The notes beneath the pieces were generated by a model that was not told the DNA's origin, ran no database searches, and saw only the letters and a list, made by a program, of their open reading frames with translations. The position numbers were made by a program, and so were the translations under genes. Below are positions 56,233 to 64,000 of a stretch of 64,000 bases of DNA, in pieces (position 1 is the first letter of the stretch; each line of letters opens with the position of its first letter). The stretch is from Myxococcota bacterium (GTDB taxonomy: Bacteria; Myxococcota_A; SURF-8), in the NCBI GenBank assembly GCA_965140415.1, contig OZ223209.1, positions 5,344,001 through 5,408,000 of the forward strand, written 5' to 3'.

Positions 56233-56982
56233 CTACTCGCCATTCTCCTCATCGCCATTCGGCTGGATGACACCGCGCAGGTTCTCGAAGATGGCTTTGA
56301 ACTGCCGGATCTCCGCCTCGTTGCAATCTTCTTCCTTCGCCAACTCCAATACGGCATACGTGCCGGTCGGCATGATGAGAGAGAGTCGGGTCTTGCAGGT
56401 GAACAACGGCAGATCTGCGCGCGAACCGTCGGGAAGTTGGAGTTTGCCGAGGAAATGCCGCGCCAGGAAGCGCTGGACGGGTTTGCGCGACGTGGCTTTG
56501 GCACGGACGATGAACGGATTTTCATCATCCAGATCGATACCAAGCAAGCTGTACACGACATCGCAGTCGGGAGCGGTGGGCTGGCTGTTACCGCGACCCC
56601 AGAGACGATGCTGGCAGCTAGCGCAGTCCACGACCTCACCATCGGCGCGGATGCCTTCCACGCCGTCATCCGAACGGCAGTGTTCGGTCATGCCGGAAGT
56701 CTCGCTGTACGTGGCCCACCTTCGGGACTTCTTGATGTGCAACAGGACGCAGGTGATCTCGTCTTTGGCTTCACCGGTCAGGCTGTTGACGAAAATGTCT
56801 TTCGGAGCCCAGGTTCCGTTATGGAGCTGACGGCGGGTGTTGTAAGCATAGGAAGGGAGCGGCCGATCTTCATTGTCCAGATGGGACAGGGCCTGAAGAC
56901 CGGCCAGCTCTTCGATGAGGGATTGGGGGATGGGAAGAATTGGCGCGCCCGTCGCCGGAGGGGAATGGGTGTTCTCGGTCAT
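56233..56982 (-). CDS. Phage-like Cys-containing protein, possibly ssDNA-binding/recombination
   Basis: GAGGAG RBS. HCRSDDG..G...CASCQH..WG......PDC pattern and acidic tail. Function is inferred. Confidence 0.5.
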   Translation of the reverse strand: MTENTHSPPATGAPILPIPQSLIEELAGLQALSHLDNEDRPLPSYAYNTRRQLHNGTWAPKDIFVNSLTGEAKDEITCVLLHIKKSRRWATYSETSGMTEHCRSDDGVEGIRADGEVVDCASCQHRLWGRGNSQPTAPDCDVVYSLLGIDLDDENPFIVRAKATSRKPVQRFLARHFLGKLQLPDGSRADLPLFTCKTRLSLIMPTGTYAVLELAKEEDCNEAEIRQFKAIFENLRGVIQPNGDEENGE

Positions 56983-57057
56983 GGCGTTTCTCCTCTGTGA
57001 AATTGGGATAGGAAGTAGGAATGGTATTGCGCGACGCCTTCGGGAGCGTGATCGTCA

Positions 57058-57759
57058 TCAGACCGAAAGAGAAAGCTTCGCCGTCTGAGCCAGTTCGCGG
57101 CCAAGCGCCTTCAGGCGATGATGGGCTCGGCTGACGCTCATCCCGACCGCCTTTCCGCACTCCTGGAAACTGCCTCCGGCCAGGCGCGCCGCCAGCAAGC
57201 GGCGATCTTGCTCGGTCTGCTCGTCAAGCCAGGCTTCCAGGTCGAAGGCGCTGACGAGCTGGTCCTCCACGTCGCGGGTCGCCGCGTAGGAGACGGCGTC
57301 AACGAAGCTCATGGGATTGTCGCGGGTCAGGTCGTTGTCGGCATAGGGACCGGGCTCCACGTCGGGCAAACCGTCGAAGCGCAGAACTTGGATGCCGTCC
57401 CACAGACAGGCCATTGCGCCCATGACATCCCGGCGACGGCGACGACCGGGGACGAAGCAGTGGGACGGATCGAAAGCCTTGAGTCGCAGGCCATGAACGA
57501 GCGCCCCGCGGTCGGTGGAATGACCTTTCATCGCCGCGGAATAATAATCGCGCCAGATCAGGCACAGGGCTTCCTGGAATCGGTCTTCCGCATCGTGCGC
57601 GTCGTCCAAGTGGCGCATGACCGGATTGAAGATGTCATCGGCGATCATGTCGCTGAAATTCGCGTTGATCGCTTCGTGGGAAAGGGGAAGAGGTGAATTC
57701 AATTGAAGGGGATGATGGGGGTGATCGGGTTGGGAATCGGTTTGCATACAGTTTTCCAT
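57058..57759 (-). CDS. Sigma-factor-like protein (region 2 plus region 4 HTH)
   Basis: AGGAGG RBS before ATG 57759. DAEDRFQEA..LIW and DRRLL....GGSFQECGKAVGMSVSRAHHRL. Confidence 0.7.
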   Translation of the reverse strand: MENCMQTDSQPDHPHHPLQLNSPLPLSHEAINANFSDMIADDIFNPVMRHLDDAHDAEDRFQEALCLIWRDYYSAAMKGHSTDRGALVHGLRLKAFDPSHCFVPGRRRRRDVMGAMACLWDGIQVLRFDGLPDVEPGPYADNDLTRDNPMSFVDAVSYAATRDVEDQLVSAFDLEAWLDEQTEQDRRLLAARLAGGSFQECGKAVGMSVSRAHHRLKALGRELAQTAKLSLSV

Positions 57760-58378
57760 GATTCGGACCTCCTGGTCGTGTTCAACGCGCACGAAGGCCG
57801 TTACCACCGGCCCACGCGCAGCGTCGCCGCCTTGCGGGCGGTGGGTTTGATTGGGACGGGAAACATATCCCGCCGATTCTTGATGTATGGTTACGCGCCG
57901 TGCAAATCAGCGCGGATTTGAGCTATAAGACTTGTGTCAAAACTTGGTGCTGGCCGTTCGGATGGACGCGAATCGTCTGAATGTCGTGGATCCGTGCTCG
58001 CGAGGCTGGTAGGGAAATATGAGACGAGCCGGATATCAGATTCGTTACACAATTCTTATACAATTATTCTGGCAGAACTTGCATTTCAGTCCCTACTGAG
58101 CCCGTTTGGTCCGGAAAACAGTCCAAAAAATATTTGAAAGGCTGTTTTTTCCTACTGATTCGACTTTTTTCTGGAGAGGGAACAGGGAAAAACAGCCTCC
58201 ATTTTGGCGTACGGACTGATCGAAGGAATATGGAGCCTCGTTTTACCTATAGAAACCGACAAGGCGGGTGTCGCAACTGTCGGTGCAAGGCGCCGAATAG
58301 ACCTGATTGAGAGCAGGGGGTGGGTCCCCTATGGGGCTGGAATTGAAATCTCTATAGGACTAGCGGAATACGAAGCAC

Positions 58379-58491
58379 CGACGTCGCAGGGTGACTGTGC
58401 CGACGTCGCAGTCCTGCTGCTATACGACGTCGCATGGGCGGGTATCGATGTCGCTTGGAGCCTACAGGAGCCTATCTGTACCGACGTCACT
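58379..58491. repeat. Five spaced copies of CGACGTCGCA (iteron-like)
   Basis: Copies start at 58379, 58401, 58425, 58446 (CGATGTCGCT) and 58482 (CGACGTCACT). Confidence 0.7.
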
Positions 58492-58703
58492 CCATCGTAT
58501 ACTCCAGCACCGTGGCTGCCAGCACCGTATAGAGGTCGAAGGGAGGGAATGGCAGTATTTGCGGCAAACGTTTTCCGCCCGCGTCCTTCACTCGCCGTCC
58601 AGGTGGGGGATCACCGGCGTGACGGTGTCTTCGCCGTTACCGGGTTTAACGTTGTTTGCGGGCGTCGGGTTTATATCGCTCATGGCTTCCTCCGTGTAAC
58701 TGG

Positions 58704-59138
58704 TTATTCGAACAGGTTCCGCAGGCTACTTTTCGATGGCCGGTCCCAATTGGCGAACCAGAGTGGTTTGACCGGCTCGCCGTTCTCGTCCGTTGAGACA
58801 TTCACGGCCAGCGGCATCATCTTCATGTACGACCCTTCGCGCACTAGATCATATCCATTTCTGCGGCACACTTCACGCGCAACCTGAGTGACCCAACTTC
58901 CCTGTCTATTCGATAGTAAGGCGTAGTAGCCGCCTGCGTTCCAGCGCCTGACCCATTCGCGGATCGATGCGGTCGAACAATCGAGTTCAGCGGCTACGTC
59001 TTTCTGCGGCTGTCCATTCATCAGCTCCAGAATGGCGCGCAAGCGACGTCGTAATCGGTCATCTGGTTCCCGGTCGATCAGTGACTGGAGTTGTGCAGGG
59101 CTGAACAGCGTCTGGTCCGGTTGTTTCAACGGCGGCAT
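58704..59138 (-). CDS. Transposase-type HTH protein, no catalytic domain
   Basis: RRRLRAILELMNGQPQKDVAAELDCSTASIREWVRRWNAGG. Confidence 0.7.
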   Translation of the reverse strand: MPPLKQPDQTLFSPAQLQSLIDREPDDRLRRRLRAILELMNGQPQKDVAAELDCSTASIREWVRRWNAGGYYALLSNRQGSWVTQVAREVCRRNGYDLVREGSYMKMMPLAVNVSTDENGEPVKPLWFANWDRPSKSSLRNLFE

Positions 59139-59656
59139 GGTCTAACTCCTATCGCGCTGTTCAGTTTCGCAATCGAGTCCTCCAGTTCCTGCCACTGCTC
59201 ATTTTTCACCGTTCTGTAGATCGCAGGTGAAATAGCGAGGGGGACTGCGCGAGGTTTGCAGTCTCCCAGTAAGATATCCATGCCGTGATCGCGAAGGTAT
59301 TTCCGCTGAGGAGGAAAGATCGTATCTTTGCCGGTCAGAGTGTGGAGCAGGAATAACCCCTCGTAGCTGCCCACGTTCCAGAATCGTGTCCATAGGACCA
59401 GTTCTTCACCGCTGATATCCTGTCGCTCAAGAATCCAGCGCCAGGACCGACCAAGCATTAACGCTCGTATAGCGCGCAATCTGCGGACAGGTTCCTCTTC
59501 TTTGCCTTCCCGGATGAAGTACTCGATCTGCTCAACATCTTCCTGCAAGGCCCCCTTCGGCAGAAAGGTCGGATTTCTCTCCATCGGAATTCTCATCAGT
59601 TCCAGGATGTACGACCTTACCCGATCAGCATAGACCCCATTATTTCTATTCGTCAT
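59126..59656 (-). CDS. Degenerate transposase-type HTH protein
   Basis: RRLRAIRALMLG...WTRFWNVGSYEGL. Overlaps both neighbours. Confidence 0.55.
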   Translation of the reverse strand: MTNRNNGVYADRVRSYILELMRIPMERNPTFLPKGALQEDVEQIEYFIREGKEEEPVRRLRAIRALMLGRSWRWILERQDISGEELVLWTRFWNVGSYEGLFLLHTLTGKDTIFPPQRKYLRDHGMDILLGDCKPRAVPLAISPAIYRTVKNEQWQELEDSIAKLNSAIGVRPCRR

Positions 59657-59918
59657 CTTCTGCGCCCCGCTTCTGGCGCAATCCCGCAGCTTCCATCACA
59701 CTGGATGGGCCGAACCTTTTGTCGATCAGTCCGCTTTCGTTTCCCGCAAGGAACTGCTGCCGCCACCGGTATGCACTGCTGCGGCTGATGTTTAGGATCC
59801 GCGCCGCCGTTGCTACCGGTTCTCTGCGGCCAACGACGGCATGCAGAAATAAGGTCCGCAGCCAAAGCTGACGCTCGGGCTGAAAGACGAAAGGATCAAT
59901 GGGCATTGTGTCGAACAT
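59646..59918 (-). CDS. HTH protein (IS481/IS630 N-terminal type)
   Basis: VATAARILNISRSSAYRWRQQFLAGNESGLIDK. Confidence 0.7.
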   Translation of the reverse strand: MFDTMPIDPFVFQPERQLWLRTLFLHAVVGRREPVATAARILNISRSSAYRWRQQFLAGNESGLIDKRFGPSSVMEAAGLRQKRGAEDDE

Positions 59919-60109
59919 CGCCAGTCTTCCTTGGACGGTTAGGATTCAGGAATCGCGGATTCACCATAGAATTCAGGTGGTCCGGTGAATCCGTGAGTCC
60001 CAACCATTGTTTTTAGGATACACCAAGCAAGAGTTATAAGTCAAGACTACTAAATGATTAGATACTATTCACTGGACGGAACAAGCTCCTGTACGTACAA
60101 TGCTGCGAT

Positions 60110-61114
60110 ATGCTTTCGGGAGGTGACATGCCCAGACCAAAGCTCGACCCCAAACAACGACTGCGCCTGCGCGCACTCAAGCGCGCGGAAAAGGTCGGCA
60201 TGACCGCTGCGGCAAAGGAGTCCGGGATATCGCGCGTCATGCTGCACCGGTGGCGCGATCGGTTCGAGGCCGATGGAGTCGAGGGATTGCGCGACCGTTC
60301 TCATCGTCCGCACCGTACACGGGCCACATCACCGGAGGTGGCTGAGCAGGTGATTCGGACTGCGCTTCAGCATCCCACCCATGGTTGCCGCAAAATCGTC
60401 GGCGCGCTAGCCGAGCGGGGCATTTCTCTGAGCGAGCCGACCATTCAGTCCATTTTAGTAGACCGGGAACTCGGTCTGGCTGAACAAAGGATCGGCCGGG
60501 TTGAACGGCGCATCCTCAGCGGTGCGTGCAAGCCGTCCTCAGATCTTCTCGCGGAGGTGGAGGCGGCGGATCCTACATTTCGTGAACGGACACGACCGAT
60601 ACCGCGCCCCGGCAGTCTTCTCATAGCCGACATCCCTCGCGGAGGCATCACTGAGGACGGGAGACGGCTCAGCATCGTGGTGATCGTGGACGCCGGTTCT
60701 GGGTACATCTGGGCATGTCCATGTACGGATCTGTCCATGCTCCCGCACATCGAGATTCTACGCAGCCGGGCTCTGCCGGATCTGGCTCGTTGGAACCTAC
60801 GTCCTGCGACGATCACTACGTCGGACAGTCCCGAATGGACGATGGACAGTCTGGAGGGTCGAGCATTCAAGCTGTGGTGTCGGGATGGATTCCACCTGCG
60901 ACACAAAGTCCCGCCAGAAAGAGTGAGAAACGGTTTTATCGAAGGGTTCCAGCGGGAGTTCCAGTCCTGGTACCGTCGGGCGGAACTGCATGGGTCACCG
61001 TTGAAAGAGATCGAGGAGGCTCTGGGAAAATGGTTGGAGGAGAGGAACGCGAAGGTGCGGCGGTCGTATCCGCTTTTTGGGAGGTCACCAGGAGAAATGA
61101 TCACGACCACGTAA
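60110..61114 (+). mobile_element. IS481-like transposase/integrase-core gene, divergent DDE
   Basis: AAKESGISR..LHRWRDRF...G.EGL.DRS.RP, HPT.G.RKI, LIAD / TSD / NGFIE.F. Terminal inverted repeats are not convincing. Confidence 0.7.
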
Positions 61115-61200
61115 CACCGATGCCCCTTATATCCACCACACCATTGAATCCGCCCCGCCGGTATGAAACCATAGCCCCATACCGACGGAGCGACATGGAG

Positions 61201-64000
61201 CTATTTCTCCGCCCAGCTGGTACCATAACCGCAGTCCACCAGCCCCTTAACGCTTGCCTCGGGGAAAACCTCCAACATCCCCTCCGTCATGGCGTCGGTC
61301 AGTATCTGCTGGACCTCCTCGGCATCACCAGCATCCGCCTCGACAATCAGTTCGTCGTGAACCGCACCCACTAACGCAGCATTCACCCCGGACTTCTCCA
61401 ACTTGGCGATCAATCGCGCCATGGCGGCGTACAGCACCTCTGCCGCGGCACCCTGGACCGGGTAGTTGTATACCCGGAACGGCGTCAACTCCCTTGCGCC
61501 GAACACAATCTCCCGACCGGCCGGAGTGCGTACCGAGTTCGATTGTTTGGCCTGCCGGAGAGCCCGGTTGTGCCACGAGTCGAAGCCAGGGTAGGATTTG
61601 AACCACGCCTGCCGGTGCTGCCGGGCCTTGGCCAGGCTCATCTGTATGCCGTAATTCTCCTCGGCGTATTTCCGAAGGCCCTTGGCCGATTGCCCGAACA
61701 ACAGGCCGAAGTTGATGGCCTTTGCCAACCGACGCTCCTCCTTCGTGACTTCCGCAGGTTCTTTGCCCAGCAACACCGCTGCGGTCATCGTGTGGACATC
61801 CACGCCGCGCTTATAGGCCTCCAAGAGAATGCTCTCAGGTGCGATATAGGACGCGGCCCGCAGCTCCATCTGGCCATAGTCGGCGATAACCAACCGGCGG
61901 CCCTCCGGGGCAACGAACAGGCTGCGAAACGCTGCCTCCCTGGGCATCTGTTGCAGATTCGGCTTCGAGCAGCTCATGCGCCCGGTGATCGCGCCAGCCA
62001 GCTTGAAATCCGCATGGATCCGTCCCGTTGTAGGGTGCAGATGTTCGATCAGGCCCTTTCCGTAGGTAGAACGCTGCTTGGATACGTCCCGATACGGCAG
62101 GAGAAGGTTGCTCACGATGGCCCGCACGTTCTTGGGAAGTAACGACAGTCCCGACTGCAGCTCGGCAGCTCCCACACTCAACGCGCCGGAAGCGGTCTTC
62201 GGCCAGCGCGCCAAGGCCTTTTCCCCACTCTCCTTCAGCTGGGACGTGACCCACTCGCCGAGTTGTTTGGTGCTGTTCGGGTTCCGCCCACCCAGGGCCT
62301 TCACCAACTCGGCCCGCAGCTGCGCCTCCCGTTCTTCCACGTCGGCCATCAGCTGCGCATGCGCATCACGGTCGAAGGCCATCCCGGTCACGCGCATCTG
62401 CACTACGGCCGGTTGCGCGCCGATGACGAGATCGTAGGCGCGCCGGCTGTCCCGGCTTTCGACTTCTGCCTCAATTCGCTCGAACAAACGTCGAGTGACC
62501 TCGGCGTCCCTGGCTGCGTAGGCCAGCTGCGAGTTCGACAGCTCACCGCTCCAGTCGGATTTCTGAAGCTTCTTGTCCACGGTTTCACCCAGCCAGTGTT
62601 CGGCGGCCTTTTCCAGGGAAACAAGCTCGCCGGTGACCAGATGGTGACCGAGCTTCGTGCAGCCCAGGTTGCTGGTGATCCCGGTTGCCATCAACATACC
62701 CATGTCGAACACGGCGTTGTGCGCGATGCCGCGGATCTGTCTCAACGGCTCCCGTATGGCCCCGAGTCCACCGATCTTGTCCATGTCAAGTACGACCACC
62801 GGCCCATCCTCCGGCGCCAACTGGATGAGCCGAATGCAATCCAGGATAGGGTCCAACCCGGTGGTCTTTACATCCAGACCGACCCGCTGGCCCGAGTCCG
62901 CAAGTTCACCAACGACCCGCCGCGCTTCTTCCACGTCACTGATCAGCGTATAATCGACTCCAGTTGGTGCGTTTACGCATTCAATTCGCGCAGCGGGCGC
63001 ATCCATCCTCTCTGGCGAAGGAGGCCTGTTCGGCGGTACTGGCTCCGGATTGCAACCGATCGTCAGCAGCGAGTCATCCCTGACCGGTGTTTCCGGTTGG
63101 GGCAAGGCCTCCCGCAGTGCTCGACCGAGATCCACAGTCTCCAAGGATTCATCTCGCGGTTGTTCTCCGCTGCTCCTGTTGAACCCATGAACATCCACCT
63201 CTTCTAACCGGTGCCAGGCCTTATGGGCGTAAAGAGCGACGTCGCCGGTCATACCACGATGCCGCACAAGGGAGAGTCGCACCCGACCGCCCGCACCGGG
63301 ACCGAACTTGGGATATTGCTGATCTAGTTGCTGGACATGCCGAAAACAGGCCTGGGCGCGAGTCTCGTCGCCGCGCAACCGGGCTTGGTGACCCACAAAT
63401 TCCCAGGGGTCAATCGTCACCTGAGTTGCGTTCTCTCCTTTACCTTCTTTCACATGAATCGCCTGCGTCTGCATCGTGAGGAGGCCGTCCGCGGCATGCA
63501 CAATGGCCAGGCTATCCCGTGCCGAATTCACGTCGATCTGGCCCTCGGTATTGGCCTGCCGCTCCGCCTCTTTCGTTGTAGATGACAACGCAATCACTAC
63601 CGCACCCGTTTTACGCGCCAGATCTTTACAGGCCACAGCCAGATTCGTGACCCGGGTGGTCGTGTCGCCATACCGGTCAAGCTGTTCGACTCCGGTGCGC
63701 GCAAGTTGCAAATAATCGATTACGACGATCGGCGTTTTATCGGGATGCTGTCGACGAACACGCCGAACCCATGCACCGGCATCCGCCAACGTCGTCTCCA
63801 GTCCGGCCTCCCAGATCTCCAGGAACCGACCTTCGTTCTGAAGATACTCAGTCAGACCTTTGGCAAAAGCCGTCACTTCCTCGGCCGCCAACCGCTGCAT
63901 CTCGATCCGGCGGGAATCGATCCCCAGCCTGCGAGCCATGGCGTATATCAGCATCTGGTGTTTCGACATCTCGTAGCCGAGGTACATTCCCGGAACGCCG
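61201..64000 (-). CDS. 5'-truncated fusion: DnaB-like helicase, 3'-5' exonuclease domain and family A DNA polymerase
   Basis: VVIDYLQL, VIALSS, LSLVRHRG (SF4 helicase). GLDVKT, AHNAVFD, YAARD (exonuclease). TGRMSCSKPNLQQ, ADYGQMELR, KAINFG, VHDE (PolA). The frame is open to the window edge. Confidence 0.9.
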   Translation of the reverse strand, partial: GVPGMYLGYEMSKHQMLIYAMARRLGIDSRRIEMQRLAAEEVTAFAKGLTEYLQNEGRFLEIWEAGLETTLADAGAWVRRVRRQHPDKTPIVVIDYLQLARTGVEQLDRYGDTTTRVTNLAVACKDLARKTGAVVIALSSTTKEAERQANTEGQIDVNSARDSLAIVHAADGLLTMQTQAIHVKEGKGENATQVTIDPWEFVGHQARLRGDETRAQACFRHVQQLDQQYPKFGPGAGGRVRLSLVRHRGMTGDVALYAHKAWHRLEEVDVHGFNRSSGEQPRDESLETVDLGRALREALPQPETPVRDDSLLTIGCNPEPVPPNRPPSPERMDAPAARIECVNAPTGVDYTLISDVEEARRVVGELADSGQRVGLDVKTTGLDPILDCIRLIQLAPEDGPVVVLDMDKIGGLGAIREPLRQIRGIAHNAVFDMGMLMATGITSNLGCTKLGHHLVTGELVSLEKAAEHWLGETVDKKLQKSDWSGELSNSQLAYAARDAEVTRRLFERIEAEVESRDSRRAYDLVIGAQPAVVQMRVTGMAFDRDAHAQLMADVEEREAQLRAELVKALGGRNPNSTKQLGEWVTSQLKESGEKALARWPKTASGALSVGAAELQSGLSLLPKNVRAIVSNLLLPYRDVSKQRSTYGKGLIEHLHPTTGRIHADFKLAGAITGRMSCSKPNLQQMPREAAFRSLFVAPEGRRLVIADYGQMELRAASYIAPESILLEAYKRGVDVHTMTAAVLLGKEPAEVTKEERRLAKAINFGLLFGQSAKGLRKYAEENYGIQMSLAKARQHRQAWFKSYPGFDSWHNRALRQAKQSNSVRTPAGREIVFGARELTPFRVYNYPVQGAAAEVLYAAMARLIAKLEKSGVNAALVGAVHDELIVEADAGDAEEVQQILTDAMTEGMLEVFPEASVKGLVDCGYGTSWAEK

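Noticed and set aside
24940-57845. Similar GC hairpins at ~24940-24957 and ~57825-57845 as element ends
   Set aside because: They are short, GC-rich and imperfect, and are explained as independent stem-loops.
58379-58491. Spaced repeats as a mini-CRISPR
   Set aside because: The 10-bp repeats and 11-26-bp gaps are too short for CRISPR.
58204-58887. 227-aa plus-strand ORF
   Set aside because: It has a TTG start and no motif, runs through the repeat tract, and overlaps an HTH gene antisense.
60090-61116. IS481 terminal inverted repeats (TGTACGT... / ...ACGTAACA)
   Set aside because: Only about 7 bp match, with a gap, and no target duplication was seen.

Overview
This 64-kb window is accessory DNA from a GC-rich bacterium, probably deltaproteobacterial/Myxococcota-like (inferred from MYXO-CTERM and DGD-repeat Cys-rich lipoproteins). 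It has four parts. (1) 73-5835: an AddB/AddA-like nuclease-helicase pair. (2) ~5.9-20.5 kb: a minus-strand defence island, AT-rich to ~17.2 kb. It encodes an XRE regulator, a protein with three RNAP alpha-CTD-like repeats plus sigma region 4, a pbeABCD-like cassette (PLD-helicase, small protein, SMC-like ATPase, small protein), a B12-type radical SAM enzyme, a TM-HAD protein, and a WYL regulator next to a double PD-(D/E)XK nuclease. (3) ~25-26.5 kb and 53.5-64 kb: a minus-strand mobile-element backbone with a DnaB-PolA fusion, an IS481-like gene, three HTH genes, iteron-like repeats, a sigma-like factor, an SSB-like protein, and a complete ubiquitin-like set (Ubl, E2, JAB, then DUF2958 and E1). 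(4) The ubiquitin-like set is split by ~27 kb of modular surface-lipoprotein cargo (DUF1566, FGE-sulfatase, Kelch-constant/variable C-terminus), and a displaced 70-bp copy of the JAB 3' end marks an insertion point. No rRNA, tRNA, CRISPR array, integrase or reverse transcriptase was recognised. All family calls are from motif reading, not database searches.
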